NCBI GenBank assembly: GCA_043801595.1
Contig: JAZDLW010000021.1
Coordinates: 89,128 to 153,127, forward strand
Reading direction: 5' to 3'
DNA length: 64,000 nt
From: Candidatus Aenigmatarchaeota archaeon
GTDB taxonomy: Archaea > Aenigmatarchaeota > Aenigmatarchaeia > JACPZZ01
Positions within the stretch are counted from its first letter, which is position 1; each line of letters starts with the position of its first letter. Both the position numbers and the translations under genes were made by a program. Positions 37,031 through 45,184 of the stretch are shown in pieces. Below the pieces are notes generated by a model. It was not told the DNA's origin and made no database searches. It worked only from the letters and a program-made list of their open reading frames with translations.

Positions 37031-37069
37031 ATGAATTTTTGGCGTGTTTACAAACCTATTTTCTTTTGC

Positions 37070-37144
37070 ATGGGCACGCTCGGATTTGAACCGAGGACCT
37101 TTCGATTATCAGTCGAACGCTCTTACCAAGCTGAGCTACGCGCC
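37070..37144 (-). tRNA. tRNA-Ile (GAU)
   Basis: GGGCGCG-UA-GCUCAGCUUGGUAAGAGCG-U-UCGAC-UGAUAAU-CGAAA-GGUC-CUCGG-UUCAAAU-CCGAG-CGUGCCC-A. Confidence 0.85.
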
Positions 37145-37154
37145 CGTTTCAACT

Positions 37155-37177
37155 AGACACGCATCCGGGATGCGTGT
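37155..37177. repeat. Palindromic hairpin of the ACGCAT family, in the tRNA-Ala/tRNA-Ile spacer
   Basis: GACACGCATCC-ggg-ATGCGTGTC. Confidence 0.55.
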
Positions 37178-37287
37178 CAGTCTACCTCTCCCTTACAGGT
37201 CTATCCTTCCTTAATACACGTTTTGTATATACAAAACCAAAATCATTTTGGGGTTTCAAAAGACCTTTTTATAAAAGGGCTTTTGTG

Positions 37288-37407
37288 TGGACCGGTCGGG
37301 ATTCGAACCCGAAGCCTCGACGTCTCTCGAATTTCTTTTGATTAACCTTTTCCTTTTGAAAGAAAAGGTTATGCGAACGTCGCGATCTACCGTTGATCTA
37401 CCGGCCC
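37288..37407 (-). tRNA. tRNA-Ala (CGC) with a roughly 47-nt canonical-position intron
   Basis: Carries the G3:U70 identity pair. 5' exon ...G-CGACG-UUCGCA; 3' exon A-CGUCG-AGGCU-UCGGG-UUCGAAU-CCCGA-CCGGUCC-A. The intron holds a 9-bp hairpin AACCUUUUC/GAAAAGGUU. Confidence 0.75.
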
Positions 37408-37418
37408 AAACGCTGACT

Positions 37419-37501
37419 GACGCATACCATTGGTATGCGTCTAGTTACCACGCACACCATGTATGAATCTAGCTGTCACAACGCATACCCGAGGTACGCG
37501 T
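37419..37501. repeat. Two ACGCATACC-family palindromes upstream of the minus-strand tRNA-Ala
   Basis: GACGCATACCATTGGTATGCGTC at 37419..37441, and ACGCATACC-cgag-GTACGCGT at 37481..37501. Confidence 0.55.
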
Positions 37502-37538
37502 CAATCGATTACTTCCTTTTTGTTCTTCTTATTAATTT

Positions 37539-38366
37539 ATGAATTATATCGTTTATGTGAATGATATGGCAAAACTCACCTTCTTGGGAACCGGTGGCGG
37601 AAGGTTTTGCATGGCCACCCAAACGCGCGCAACCGGCGGATTCCGGTTGGAAATGGACGGAACAAACTTTCACATTGATCCCGGGCCTGGTGCGCTTGTA
37701 AGGGCAAAACAATACAATGTGGATGTCAAGAACACTGACGTTATCATGCTATCGCACGTGCATATCGACCATTCAAACGATTGTAATGCCATCATAGACG
37801 CAATGACAGAAGGCACGAAAGGCCAAAAAGGCATGCTCGTCGGCAATATTTCTTCGATCAAAGGCTACGACAACAACAGCCCGGCAGTGCTGAAAATCTA
37901 CCTGAAAACACTGGAAAGCGTCAACGTGCTGAAGGCGGACGAAACGATAAACCTAAAAAACATAATTGTCAGGGCAACACCCACCAAGCACTCAGACCCT
38001 ACGGCAATCGGGTTCAGGATAGAAGGCTCAAAGGTGATATCGTACACTTCGGATACGGAATACTTTCCGGAACTGAAAAAATATCATAAAAACGCCGACG
38101 TACTGGTAATAAACACGCTGCGACCAGATAATGACGAGTGGCCGCTTCACATGAACACGGATGACGCAATAAAACTTATAGTAGATGCGGAGCCGAAACT
38201 TTGCATCTTTCAACACTTCGGAATGAAGATGATAAGTGCTGGTCCTGAAAAACAGGCCAGAAAGGCGAGCAAGGAAACCGGCGTAAAGGTAATCGCCGCA
38301 GAAGACGGAATGAAAATAGACCTTGACAGGATTGACGCATCGTTGAGCAAGTACATACGCAAATAA
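37539..38366 (+). CDS. Metallo-beta-lactamase-fold hydrolase (RNase Z/ElaC-related superfamily)
   Basis: LTFLGTGGG...HIDPGPG...SHVHIDHSND (HxHxDH). The start is likely at the internal MAKLTF. Confidence 0.55.
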   Translation: MNYIVYVNDMAKLTFLGTGGGRFCMATQTRATGGFRLEMDGTNFHIDPGPGALVRAKQYNVDVKNTDVIMLSHVHIDHSNDCNAIIDAMTEGTKGQKGMLVGNISSIKGYDNNSPAVLKIYLKTLESVNVLKADETINLKNIIVRATPTKHSDPTAIGFRIEGSKVISYTSDTEYFPELKKYHKNADVLVINTLRPDNDEWPLHMNTDDAIKLIVDAEPKLCIFQHFGMKMISAGPEKQARKASKETGVKVIAAEDGMKIDLDRIDASLSKYIRK

Positions 38367-38371
38367 TTTCA

Positions 38372-38439
38372 ACGAAAAACCGAAGTTTTCAACGAAAAGC
38401 TTCGGCTTTTCGTGCATAGGAAAATGTAATTTTCCTATG
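38372..38439. repeat. Intergenic tandem-hairpin repeat, locus C
   Basis: CGAAAAAC-cgaa-GTTTTC (imperfect); ACGAAAAGC-ttcg-GCTTTTCGT; CATAGGAAAA-tgtaa-TTTTCCTATG. Confidence 0.7.
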
Positions 38440-38497
38440 TCGTAAGCGCTGTTTCAAATATTTAACAAGAGGATAAGTTACAAAGAAAGGCGATTCG

Positions 38498-40918
38498 ATG
38501 GACATTCCCAAAAGATACGACCCAAACGTCTCAGGAAAAAAGTGGCAGGACTACTGGAAAGAGAAAGGCGTTTACAGCTTTGACAAGAACAATACCGAAA
38601 AAACTTTTGTAATAGACACGCCGCCGCCTTTCACGTCTGGCGTGCCGCATATGGGGCACGTATTGTGGTGGACTTGGAACGACATAATCGCAAGATTCAA
38701 ACGAATGAATGGCTTCAACGTCCTTCTCCCGCAGGGCTGGGACTGCCACGGCTTGCCGACAGAGTTGAAAGTCGAGAAGGACTACAAGATCAAAAAAGCC
38801 GACAAAGTAAAGTTTATCGAAGCGTGCAAAGAATGGACAAGGACTTGCATCGACAGTATGAAAAAATACATGACCGATATAGGATATTCGGCAGACTGGA
38901 ATTACGAATATACCACCGATTCTCCGGAATATGTCAGTTTTGTCCAAAAAACGCTTGTCAACCTTTTCAATAAAAATCTGATCGAACGCGTCGAGCATCC
39001 GATAATGTGGTGCACCAAATGCGCAACGACCCTCGCCAAAGCTGAGGTTGGCTATGTCGAGCGTGACGGTGTATTATATTATATAAAACTCGGCACAGAG
39101 AACGGAGGGAAAATAACCATAGCGACGACAAGACCAGAGATGATGGCAGCCTGTATTGCGATTTTCGTGAATCCTGGCGATGAAGCGTACAAAGATTTTA
39201 TAGGAAAAAGCGCAAAGATCCCAATCTTCGGGCAGGAGGTCAAGATTATGGCCAATCCGGATGTTGATATGGAGTTTGGAACAGGAGCCGTATACCTTTG
39301 CACATACGGGGATGAAATGGATATAAAATGGCAGAAAAAATACAACCTGCCCGCAATAAACCTGATAAACCAATACGGAAAACTCAACAGCAACGCAAAA
39401 CAGTTCGAAGGCATGAAAATTACTGATGCGAGAATAAAGATTATCGAAGAACTGGGAATGCTCGGCCTTGTGGAAAAGGAGGAGAAATTCAAACATAACG
39501 TGCTCTCGCACACGGAAAGGACAGCGTGCCTTAACCCGATAGAATTCATACCAATGAAACAATGGTCGATAAAGGTAAAAGAAAGTTCGGACGCAATATT
39601 GAAACTATCCGACGAGATTGACTGGCACCCCGATCATATGAAAATAAGGCTCGAAAACTGGGTAAAATCAATGGATTGGGACTGGATATTCTCGCGGCAA
39701 CGGGTCTATGGAACGCCGATACCTTTTTGGTATTGCACAAAATGCGACAAAATATATCCCACTGAAACGTTTCCAGTAGATACGTCGCTGGAAAAATACA
39801 AGACAGACAAATGCGAGTGCGGCGGGGACATTTCAGGCGAAAAAGACGTGTGCGATGGCTGGGTTGATTCCTCGATAACGCCTCTGATAGTATCCGGTTA
39901 CTGGAAAAACGATAAAATCTACGAAAAACTTTATCCGTGCGACCTGAGACAACAGGGACACGACATAATCAGGACATGGGCTTACTACACAACGCTGAGA
40001 TGTTTTTTTGAAACGGGCAAAAAACCGTGGAATAGCATACTGATAAACAGCCTTATACTGGGGCCGGATGGCCGGGAGATGCACAAATCACTTGGCAACG
40101 TTGTTCTACCGGATGACGTATTGTTAAAGCACGGCGCTGACACTCTGCGAACAGGACTTGTGATGCTCGGCCTGTATTCAGGAGATGCTGCGTTTAACTG
40201 GCAGAACATGGAGTTTGCGTACAAATTCTCGACAAAATTCTGGAACGTGTTCCGTTTTTTCGTGTCGAACGCGGAAGGCTTCGAAAAATCGGAGATAACA
40301 TCGCAGATGGACAAATGGATACTCTCGAAAATGAACAGGAGTATAAAAGAGATAACCGAGAATATGGAAAATTTCCAGTTTGCGTACGCATTCGAACTTT
40401 TGCACGATTTCATATGGCACGAGATTGCGGACAACTATCTGGAATTCGTAAAGTACAGGCTTTACAACAACATCGAAAAATCGTCGGCGCAGACAACGCT
40501 TTGCCTTATAATGTTAAACATGATAAAGATGCTCGCGCCATTCATGCCGCATATAACGGAAGAAATGTACCAGCTGTACTTCAGGAATTTTGAAGGCGCG
40601 GAAAGCGTGCACAAGCTGGCATGGCCAATCGTCGACGAAAAAGTAATAGACGAAAATGTGGAAAAGTCGGGTGAGATGGCAAAATCCATCATATCGGCAA
40701 TAAGAAAATTCAAGACTTCGAACTCGATGCCGCTGAACGCCGAAATAAAGCAGCTAATAATCGAGTGCGAAGAATCAGATCTGGTTCACGTCGCAAAGAT
40801 GCTAAAAGACATAAAAGGTGTCATGAACATAAAGGACGTGAGACTCGGAACAATACTCGAAGGCGAAAAAATAATAAATGTGGAAGAAATAAAATCCAGG
40901 CTACTTGTTATTGTTTAA
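38498..40918 (+). CDS. valS: Class I aminoacyl-tRNA synthetase of the Val/Ile/Leu family, most likely valyl-tRNA synthetase
   Basis: PPPFTSGVPHMGHVL (HIGH reads HMGH), GWDCHGLP, the editing domain, and MHKSLGN (KMSKS-like). Confidence 0.7.
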   Translation: MDIPKRYDPNVSGKKWQDYWKEKGVYSFDKNNTEKTFVIDTPPPFTSGVPHMGHVLWWTWNDIIARFKRMNGFNVLLPQGWDCHGLPTELKVEKDYKIKKADKVKFIEACKEWTRTCIDSMKKYMTDIGYSADWNYEYTTDSPEYVSFVQKTLVNLFNKNLIERVEHPIMWCTKCATTLAKAEVGYVERDGVLYYIKLGTENGGKITIATTRPEMMAACIAIFVNPGDEAYKDFIGKSAKIPIFGQEVKIMANPDVDMEFGTGAVYLCTYGDEMDIKWQKKYNLPAINLINQYGKLNSNAKQFEGMKITDARIKIIEELGMLGLVEKEEKFKHNVLSHTERTACLNPIEFIPMKQWSIKVKESSDAILKLSDEIDWHPDHMKIRLENWVKSMDWDWIFSRQRVYGTPIPFWYCTKCDKIYPTETFPVDTSLEKYKTDKCECGGDISGEKDVCDGWVDSSITPLIVSGYWKNDKIYEKLYPCDLRQQGHDIIRTWAYYTTLRCFFETGKKPWNSILINSLILGPDGREMHKSLGNVVLPDDVLLKHGADTLRTGLVMLGLYSGDAAFNWQNMEFAYKFSTKFWNVFRFFVSNAEGFEKSEITSQMDKWILSKMNRSIKEITENMENFQFAYAFELLHDFIWHEIADNYLEFVKYRLYNNIEKSSAQTTLCLIMLNMIKMLAPFMPHITEEMYQLYFRNFEGAESVHKLAWPIVDEKVIDENVEKSGEMAKSIISAIRKFKTSNSMPLNAEIKQLIIECEESDLVHVAKMLKDIKGVMNIKDVRLGTILEGEKIINVEEIKSRLLVIV

Positions 40919-41347
40919 ATCCCGTATCCTTGTTGAAGACAGCTTCTTGTTGTCATCGCCGTAGACGGTTTCGACTTTCAGAATATCCATTTTCTGCATT
41001 CCCAACGCAGAACGCCTTTCGTTGATCTCCATGGCGCGCACAAGAGTTTCCTCGCTCACGACGATCGCCTCGAAATCCCTCCTGAGTAATGCTTTACCGT
41101 AATAATCGGATATCGGGACTATTTCGTACCTGTTTTCGAAACCGGAAGAATTGAGATAATCAGCCAGTTGTTTGCGCCTCTCCTCGTATTGATGGACTTT
41201 TCCGTGTTTAAGATTTGCCAGCGAGTCTGTCGTAAGACCTATATGCACAAACTCCGCTGATGCAAAAGCCATTGACAAAACGGCCTTGTGTCCCTGATGC
41301 ATCGGAACGTCAAAGGTTCCGCCAAGGCATGCGATCCTGTACTTCAC
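40901..41347 (-). CDS. Archaeal phosphopantetheine adenylyltransferase (cytidylyltransferase-like)
   Basis: CLGGTFDVPMHQGHKAVL is the GGTFD..H.GH nucleotidyltransferase motif; about 148 aa. Confidence 0.75.
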   Translation of the reverse strand: MKYRIACLGGTFDVPMHQGHKAVLSMAFASAEFVHIGLTTDSLANLKHGKVHQYEERRKQLADYLNSSGFENRYEIVPISDYYGKALLRRDFEAIVVSEETLVRAMEINERRSALGMQKMDILKVETVYGDDNKKLSSTRIRDLNNNK

Positions 41348-41404
41348 ATTCTTCTATTCAGAATACTTATTTATTAAACAAGCTTTTCAAAAAGAGAATG
41401 GAAA

Positions 41405-42619
41405 ATGGTCGATGAAACAAAAGTTATAGAACTGAAGAAACTGATACGTTTCCTTAAAAAGATCAGAGGAAGACATACAGAACTCGTTACAGTTTACGTC
41501 CCGACAGGATACAGCCTCCTCGAGATAATAAACCAGCTCAAAGCTGAGGGTTCGACAACGCAGAACATAAAATCAAAATCGACCAGAAACAACGTACTGT
41601 CCGCATTAGACAAGATTATCCAACATTTGAGGATTTACAGGGAGACCCCAGAACACGGTTTGGCAATATTCGCCGGGAATGTTTCCGAGAGCGAGGGTGC
41701 GCCGAAAATAGACATATGGGCGATCGAGCCGCCGGGGAAGGTCTACAATAAACTTTACTGGTGTGACCAGCAATTCGTTGTCGAACCGCTGGAAGAGATG
41801 ATAAAAGACAAGGAAATTTACGGATTAATCACGGTTGACAAATCCGAGGCTACGGTTGGGTATTTAATCGGCAAAAAAATAGTCGTGTTCAAACACACAG
41901 ATTCCATAGTTCCGAGCAAAACCGCAGCCGGAGGATGGTCGCAAGCGCGCTATTCGCGCATACGCGCCGGATTGTTAAACGACTTTCTCAAGGAGGTCTC
42001 CGATATCGCGACGCAGGCTTTCCTCGGCAAAAAAGAATTGATCGGTGTAATACTGGGCGGGCCAGGGCCTGTTAAAGACGATTTCTACAAGGACGGGTAT
42101 CTTCATTACGAGCTTCAGAAAAAAGTAATGGGAGTTGTCGACATATCTTACACAAACGAGCCGGGATTGTACGAACTCGTCAACAGGGCAGATAAAATCC
42201 TTTCGCAGGCGGCTGTCACAAAAGAAATAGAACTGCTCAAAGGTTTCCTGACCGAACTGCAGAAAGACTCGGGTCTCGCGGTCTATGGCTGGACGAAGAC
42301 CAATGCCGCGCTACAAGCTGGCATGCTGCAAAAATTGATAATATCCGAAGATTTTGACTGGATAAGAACGAAATTAAAGTGCGGCAGCTGCGGAAGCGAG
42401 GACACGCGCGATTTCAAGCCGACGGAAAAACAGTTTTGCCCAAACTGCAAAATGGAAATGAGGACCGTTAACACGGAAGATCTTATAGACGTTGCTGTGG
42501 ATATCGCAGAACAATTCGGAACCGCGTTCTACATTGTCTCGTCGAGTACAAGAGAAGGCGCACAATTCAAGGAGCTTGGGGGAATAGGCGGAATACTCAG
42601 GTACAAAATGACTTTCTAA
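41405..42619 (+). CDS. prf1: Peptide chain release factor aRF1 orthologue with a GGW motif in place of GGQ and a CxxC...CxxC mini-domain
   Basis: NIKS (TTQNIKSKSTRN) and YxCxxxF (YWCDQQF) are intact. Domain 2 aligns with eRF1 without gaps, but GGQSALRFARLR is GGWSQARYSRIR here (codon TGG at 41936-41938). The C-terminus GGIGGILRY matches eRF1. Confidence 0.8.
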   Translation: MVDETKVIELKKLIRFLKKIRGRHTELVTVYVPTGYSLLEIINQLKAEGSTTQNIKSKSTRNNVLSALDKIIQHLRIYRETPEHGLAIFAGNVSESEGAPKIDIWAIEPPGKVYNKLYWCDQQFVVEPLEEMIKDKEIYGLITVDKSEATVGYLIGKKIVVFKHTDSIVPSKTAAGGWSQARYSRIRAGLLNDFLKEVSDIATQAFLGKKELIGVILGGPGPVKDDFYKDGYLHYELQKKVMGVVDISYTNEPGLYELVNRADKILSQAAVTKEIELLKGFLTELQKDSGLAVYGWTKTNAALQAGMLQKLIISEDFDWIRTKLKCGSCGSEDTRDFKPTEKQFCPNCKMEMRTVNTEDLIDVAVDIAEQFGTAFYIVSSSTREGAQFKELGGIGGILRYKMTF

Positions 42620-42627
42620 AAACCGAT

Positions 42628-43212
42628 TCATCGCTTGTACGACAAGCGCTCATCAAAGAATCTGACAGAAACAAGCGTTTCAATATTATACGATTTGTTG
42701 TCAAGCTCTGTCAATAAGGCCGAGTAATACGCAGGAAGTCCGTCGCGTTTGCCTGAAAATTTCACGCCGTTCCTTTCGCGGCCCTCGGAAAATCTCCTCA
42801 AAAGCTGTTCTTTAGTCCCATAGCCGAGATTTTGGAGCGTCTCCAAGGATTTTCCGTTATCTACAGCCGCGCATTCGAACACTGTTCTGCGATCCTTTAC
42901 CAAGAACCAAAATCCCCTGATGTCGCCGTAATTGGGCGTCGAACCATTATCGAAAGGTGTGTTTGACTCATGAATAAGTTCGGGACGGGTTGAGTCGATT
43001 GCAAATAAACCGGAAGTTACGCAGCCCAAAACATTGTTGGAATTGTTTTCTATGTACGCTCCCAGTTCAGCGGTTGCGTCGGAAACGCCGTGCATGGAGA
43101 TGTGCTGGTGGTAAGATCTCATTGCACGGATTACGCGCGAATATCTTGTCAGATAATCAGATACCATATTCCTGGCATCCATAATGCACGTAACGCCAGT
43201 TTCATGAAACAT
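42628..43212 (-). CDS. Hypothetical protein (His-rich N-terminal region)
   Basis: Clean 194-aa ORF with a His-rich stretch (HQHISMH). I recognise no family. Confidence 0.45.
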   Translation of the reverse strand: MFHETGVTCIMDARNMVSDYLTRYSRVIRAMRSYHQHISMHGVSDATAELGAYIENNSNNVLGCVTSGLFAIDSTRPELIHESNTPFDNGSTPNYGDIRGFWFLVKDRRTVFECAAVDNGKSLETLQNLGYGTKEQLLRRFSEGRERNGVKFSGKRDGLPAYYSALLTELDNKSYNIETLVSVRFFDERLSYKR

Positions 43213-43248
43213 AACAACTTATTAAGTGGGTAAAAGATTAAAATGCGT

Positions 43249-43710
43249 TTATTGCTTTTTCGTCAAGTCTTCTACATTATCGGCGGCGTTGCGGAGCGCG
43301 ATTGAAAATCCCGGCTCCGAACCCATAACTACTGTCTGCTTGCCACGTTTTTTCGCTTTCTGGATTATCGGAAGAAAGTCCGTGTCCCTTGTAACAATGA
43401 TTATCACGTCTATGTCCTTGTTGTACACAGCCTCCATCGCATCGGCGGCCATGTACACGTCTATATCCTGGTCCTTCTCAACGCCCAAAGCAATGAGCGG
43501 CTCGAAACCCTGACTCGACACTGCTTCGATCAGCTTCTGCGACGCGAACTGGTTAAGAAACACCTTGCCCGAGATTAAGCGACCGTACTTCTTTGCACGC
43601 TCACGAACCTCTTTTAGGTCGATGTTAAACTCCTTTCGTATCATGTTCGGGCCGTCTATGAAAACGGCCACGTTTTTCCTTGAACCGCCAAATATTTTCG
43701 GAAACGCCAA
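43249..43710 (-). CDS. NYN/LabA-like domain protein (putative RNase)
   Basis: VAVFIDGPNM, DVYMAADAMEA, IIVTRDTDFLPI. Confidence 0.7.
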   Translation of the reverse strand: MAFPKIFGGSRKNVAVFIDGPNMIRKEFNIDLKEVRERAKKYGRLISGKVFLNQFASQKLIEAVSSQGFEPLIALGVEKDQDIDVYMAADAMEAVYNKDIDVIIIVTRDTDFLPIIQKAKKRGKQTVVMGSEPGFSIALRNAADNVEDLTKKQ

Positions 43711-43765
43711 AATCCCGCCCGAATTATAATGTGTATAATCGGTTAAATACCGATGCCGGCAGCTT

Positions 43766-44539
43766 TTATACCGTTTTCGGCCTGATGGGCAGATTAAACG
43801 CCTTTATCGCGTTTTCAGTGGTAATACGGTCGACTTCGTCGAATTCTACGCCCCGCGCAGATGCGATCGACTCAATGACATATTTCACGTTCTGAGGAAT
43901 GTTAGTCTCGCCATGCGACGGACTAAGGAACGGCGAATCCGTTTCCGTTAGGATCAGTTCTATAGGAACCTCTTTAGCGAGGCGAACGTGCTTTTTAGAC
44001 CTCACAATCAGCGTTGGTATTGAAACGAACCACTTGTTGACTACAACCGTGTCTACCAACTGCGGCGACCCGAAACAGTGCAATATGACATCCTTTGCGC
44101 CCTGCTCCTCCAGAATCTTTGCAGCCTCGCCGTTGTCTTCTCGGGCGTGTATCACCAGTGGTTTCCTTATTTCCTTCGCAAGCTCTATAAAAACGGCGAA
44201 CACGTCTCTGCACTTTTTTCTATCAGCGTCCATTTTAACGTGAAAATTGTCTATGCCGACCTCTCCTACTGCAACGATATTGTCCCTGTTCGACCGTACA
44301 AAGTTCGCGTAATCGTCGATCTGTTTTTCGTCCAGATTTATGATATCTTCCGGATGCAGGCCTAAGCACGAAAAAACAAATCCGGGATACTTTCTTGCAA
44401 GCGCCAACGATTTTTCCGAGTTTTCTATGGACGGCGCGCTGTCTATGATCGCGGTCATCGTCTTTTTCGATTCTTCGACGATCCTGTCGCGTTTGTTGTC
44501 AAAGTCTGGAAAAGACAGATGGCAATGAGCGTCGATCAT
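43766..44539 (-). CDS. tatD: TatD-family metal-dependent hydrolase/DNase
   Basis: IDAHCHL...GLHP...GEVGID...HAR...HCFG...ETDSPFL. Confidence 0.9.
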   Translation of the reverse strand: MIDAHCHLSFPDFDNKRDRIVEESKKTMTAIIDSAPSIENSEKSLALARKYPGFVFSCLGLHPEDIINLDEKQIDDYANFVRSNRDNIVAVGEVGIDNFHVKMDADRKKCRDVFAVFIELAKEIRKPLVIHAREDNGEAAKILEEQGAKDVILHCFGSPQLVDTVVVNKWFVSIPTLIVRSKKHVRLAKEVPIELILTETDSPFLSPSHGETNIPQNVKYVIESIASARGVEFDEVDRITTENAIKAFNLPIRPKTV

Positions 44540-44543
44540 ATTT

Positions 44544-45146
44544 TCAATCCTGATCCATTTTTACGGATAACATTACCCTGTAACCGCTGTGCCTGTTTAT
44601 ATCGGTTTCATTGCCGAATTTTTCTCTCATTCGTTTTGCTATTGATTTTGCACCCTGGTTTGTCCTTGCAACCAAAAACAGCTTTCCGCCTTTTGCGAGA
44701 TGCGATTTTGCGCCTTCGATTATCTTAATCGTGATATTTTTTCCAGCCCTTATTGGCGGATTGCATACGACTTTGTCGAATCCAGCGCCTTTTACATTTT
44801 CGTAAAGGTCGCTTTCGATAACCGAGATGTTGTCCAGGTTGTTGAGTTTCACGTTTGTTTTCGAAAATTCAACAGCCCGCTCGTTGACATCGGTCATAAT
44901 CACGCTGTCGGCCTGTTTTGCAAACACTATGCCGATGACACCGTAACCGCAGCCGATGTCTAGAATTTTGTCGCCTTTGTTAATACGGACCGATTCTACC
45001 AAAAGCATCGTGCCTTTATCCACACGATCCTTTGAAAAGATGCCACTGGTTGTCGCGAATTTGTATGTTGCGCCGTTGATCAGCGCAGTGATAATCTTAA
45101 CAGGGCCTTTCGAGCATGGCGATTTTGTAAAGTAGTGCTCAGGCAT
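44544..45146 (-). CDS. Small-domain class I SAM methyltransferase (MJ0882/RsmC-like)
   Basis: ILDIGCGYGVIG (motif I) and VVCNPPI (motif IV). Confidence 0.7.
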   Translation of the reverse strand: MPEHYFTKSPCSKGPVKIITALINGATYKFATTSGIFSKDRVDKGTMLLVESVRINKGDKILDIGCGYGVIGIVFAKQADSVIMTDVNERAVEFSKTNVKLNNLDNISVIESDLYENVKGAGFDKVVCNPPIRAGKNITIKIIEGAKSHLAKGGKLFLVARTNQGAKSIAKRMREKFGNETDINRHSGYRVMLSVKMDQD

Positions 45147-45184
45147 AACGAATATTTATCACTCCCGCGATTAATTAGTTACTT

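Noticed and set aside
38531-39562. Several 100-160-aa minus-strand ORFs inside the valS-like gene.
   Set aside because: They are embedded antisense to a long class I synthetase ORF that carries HIGH and KMSKS-like motifs.
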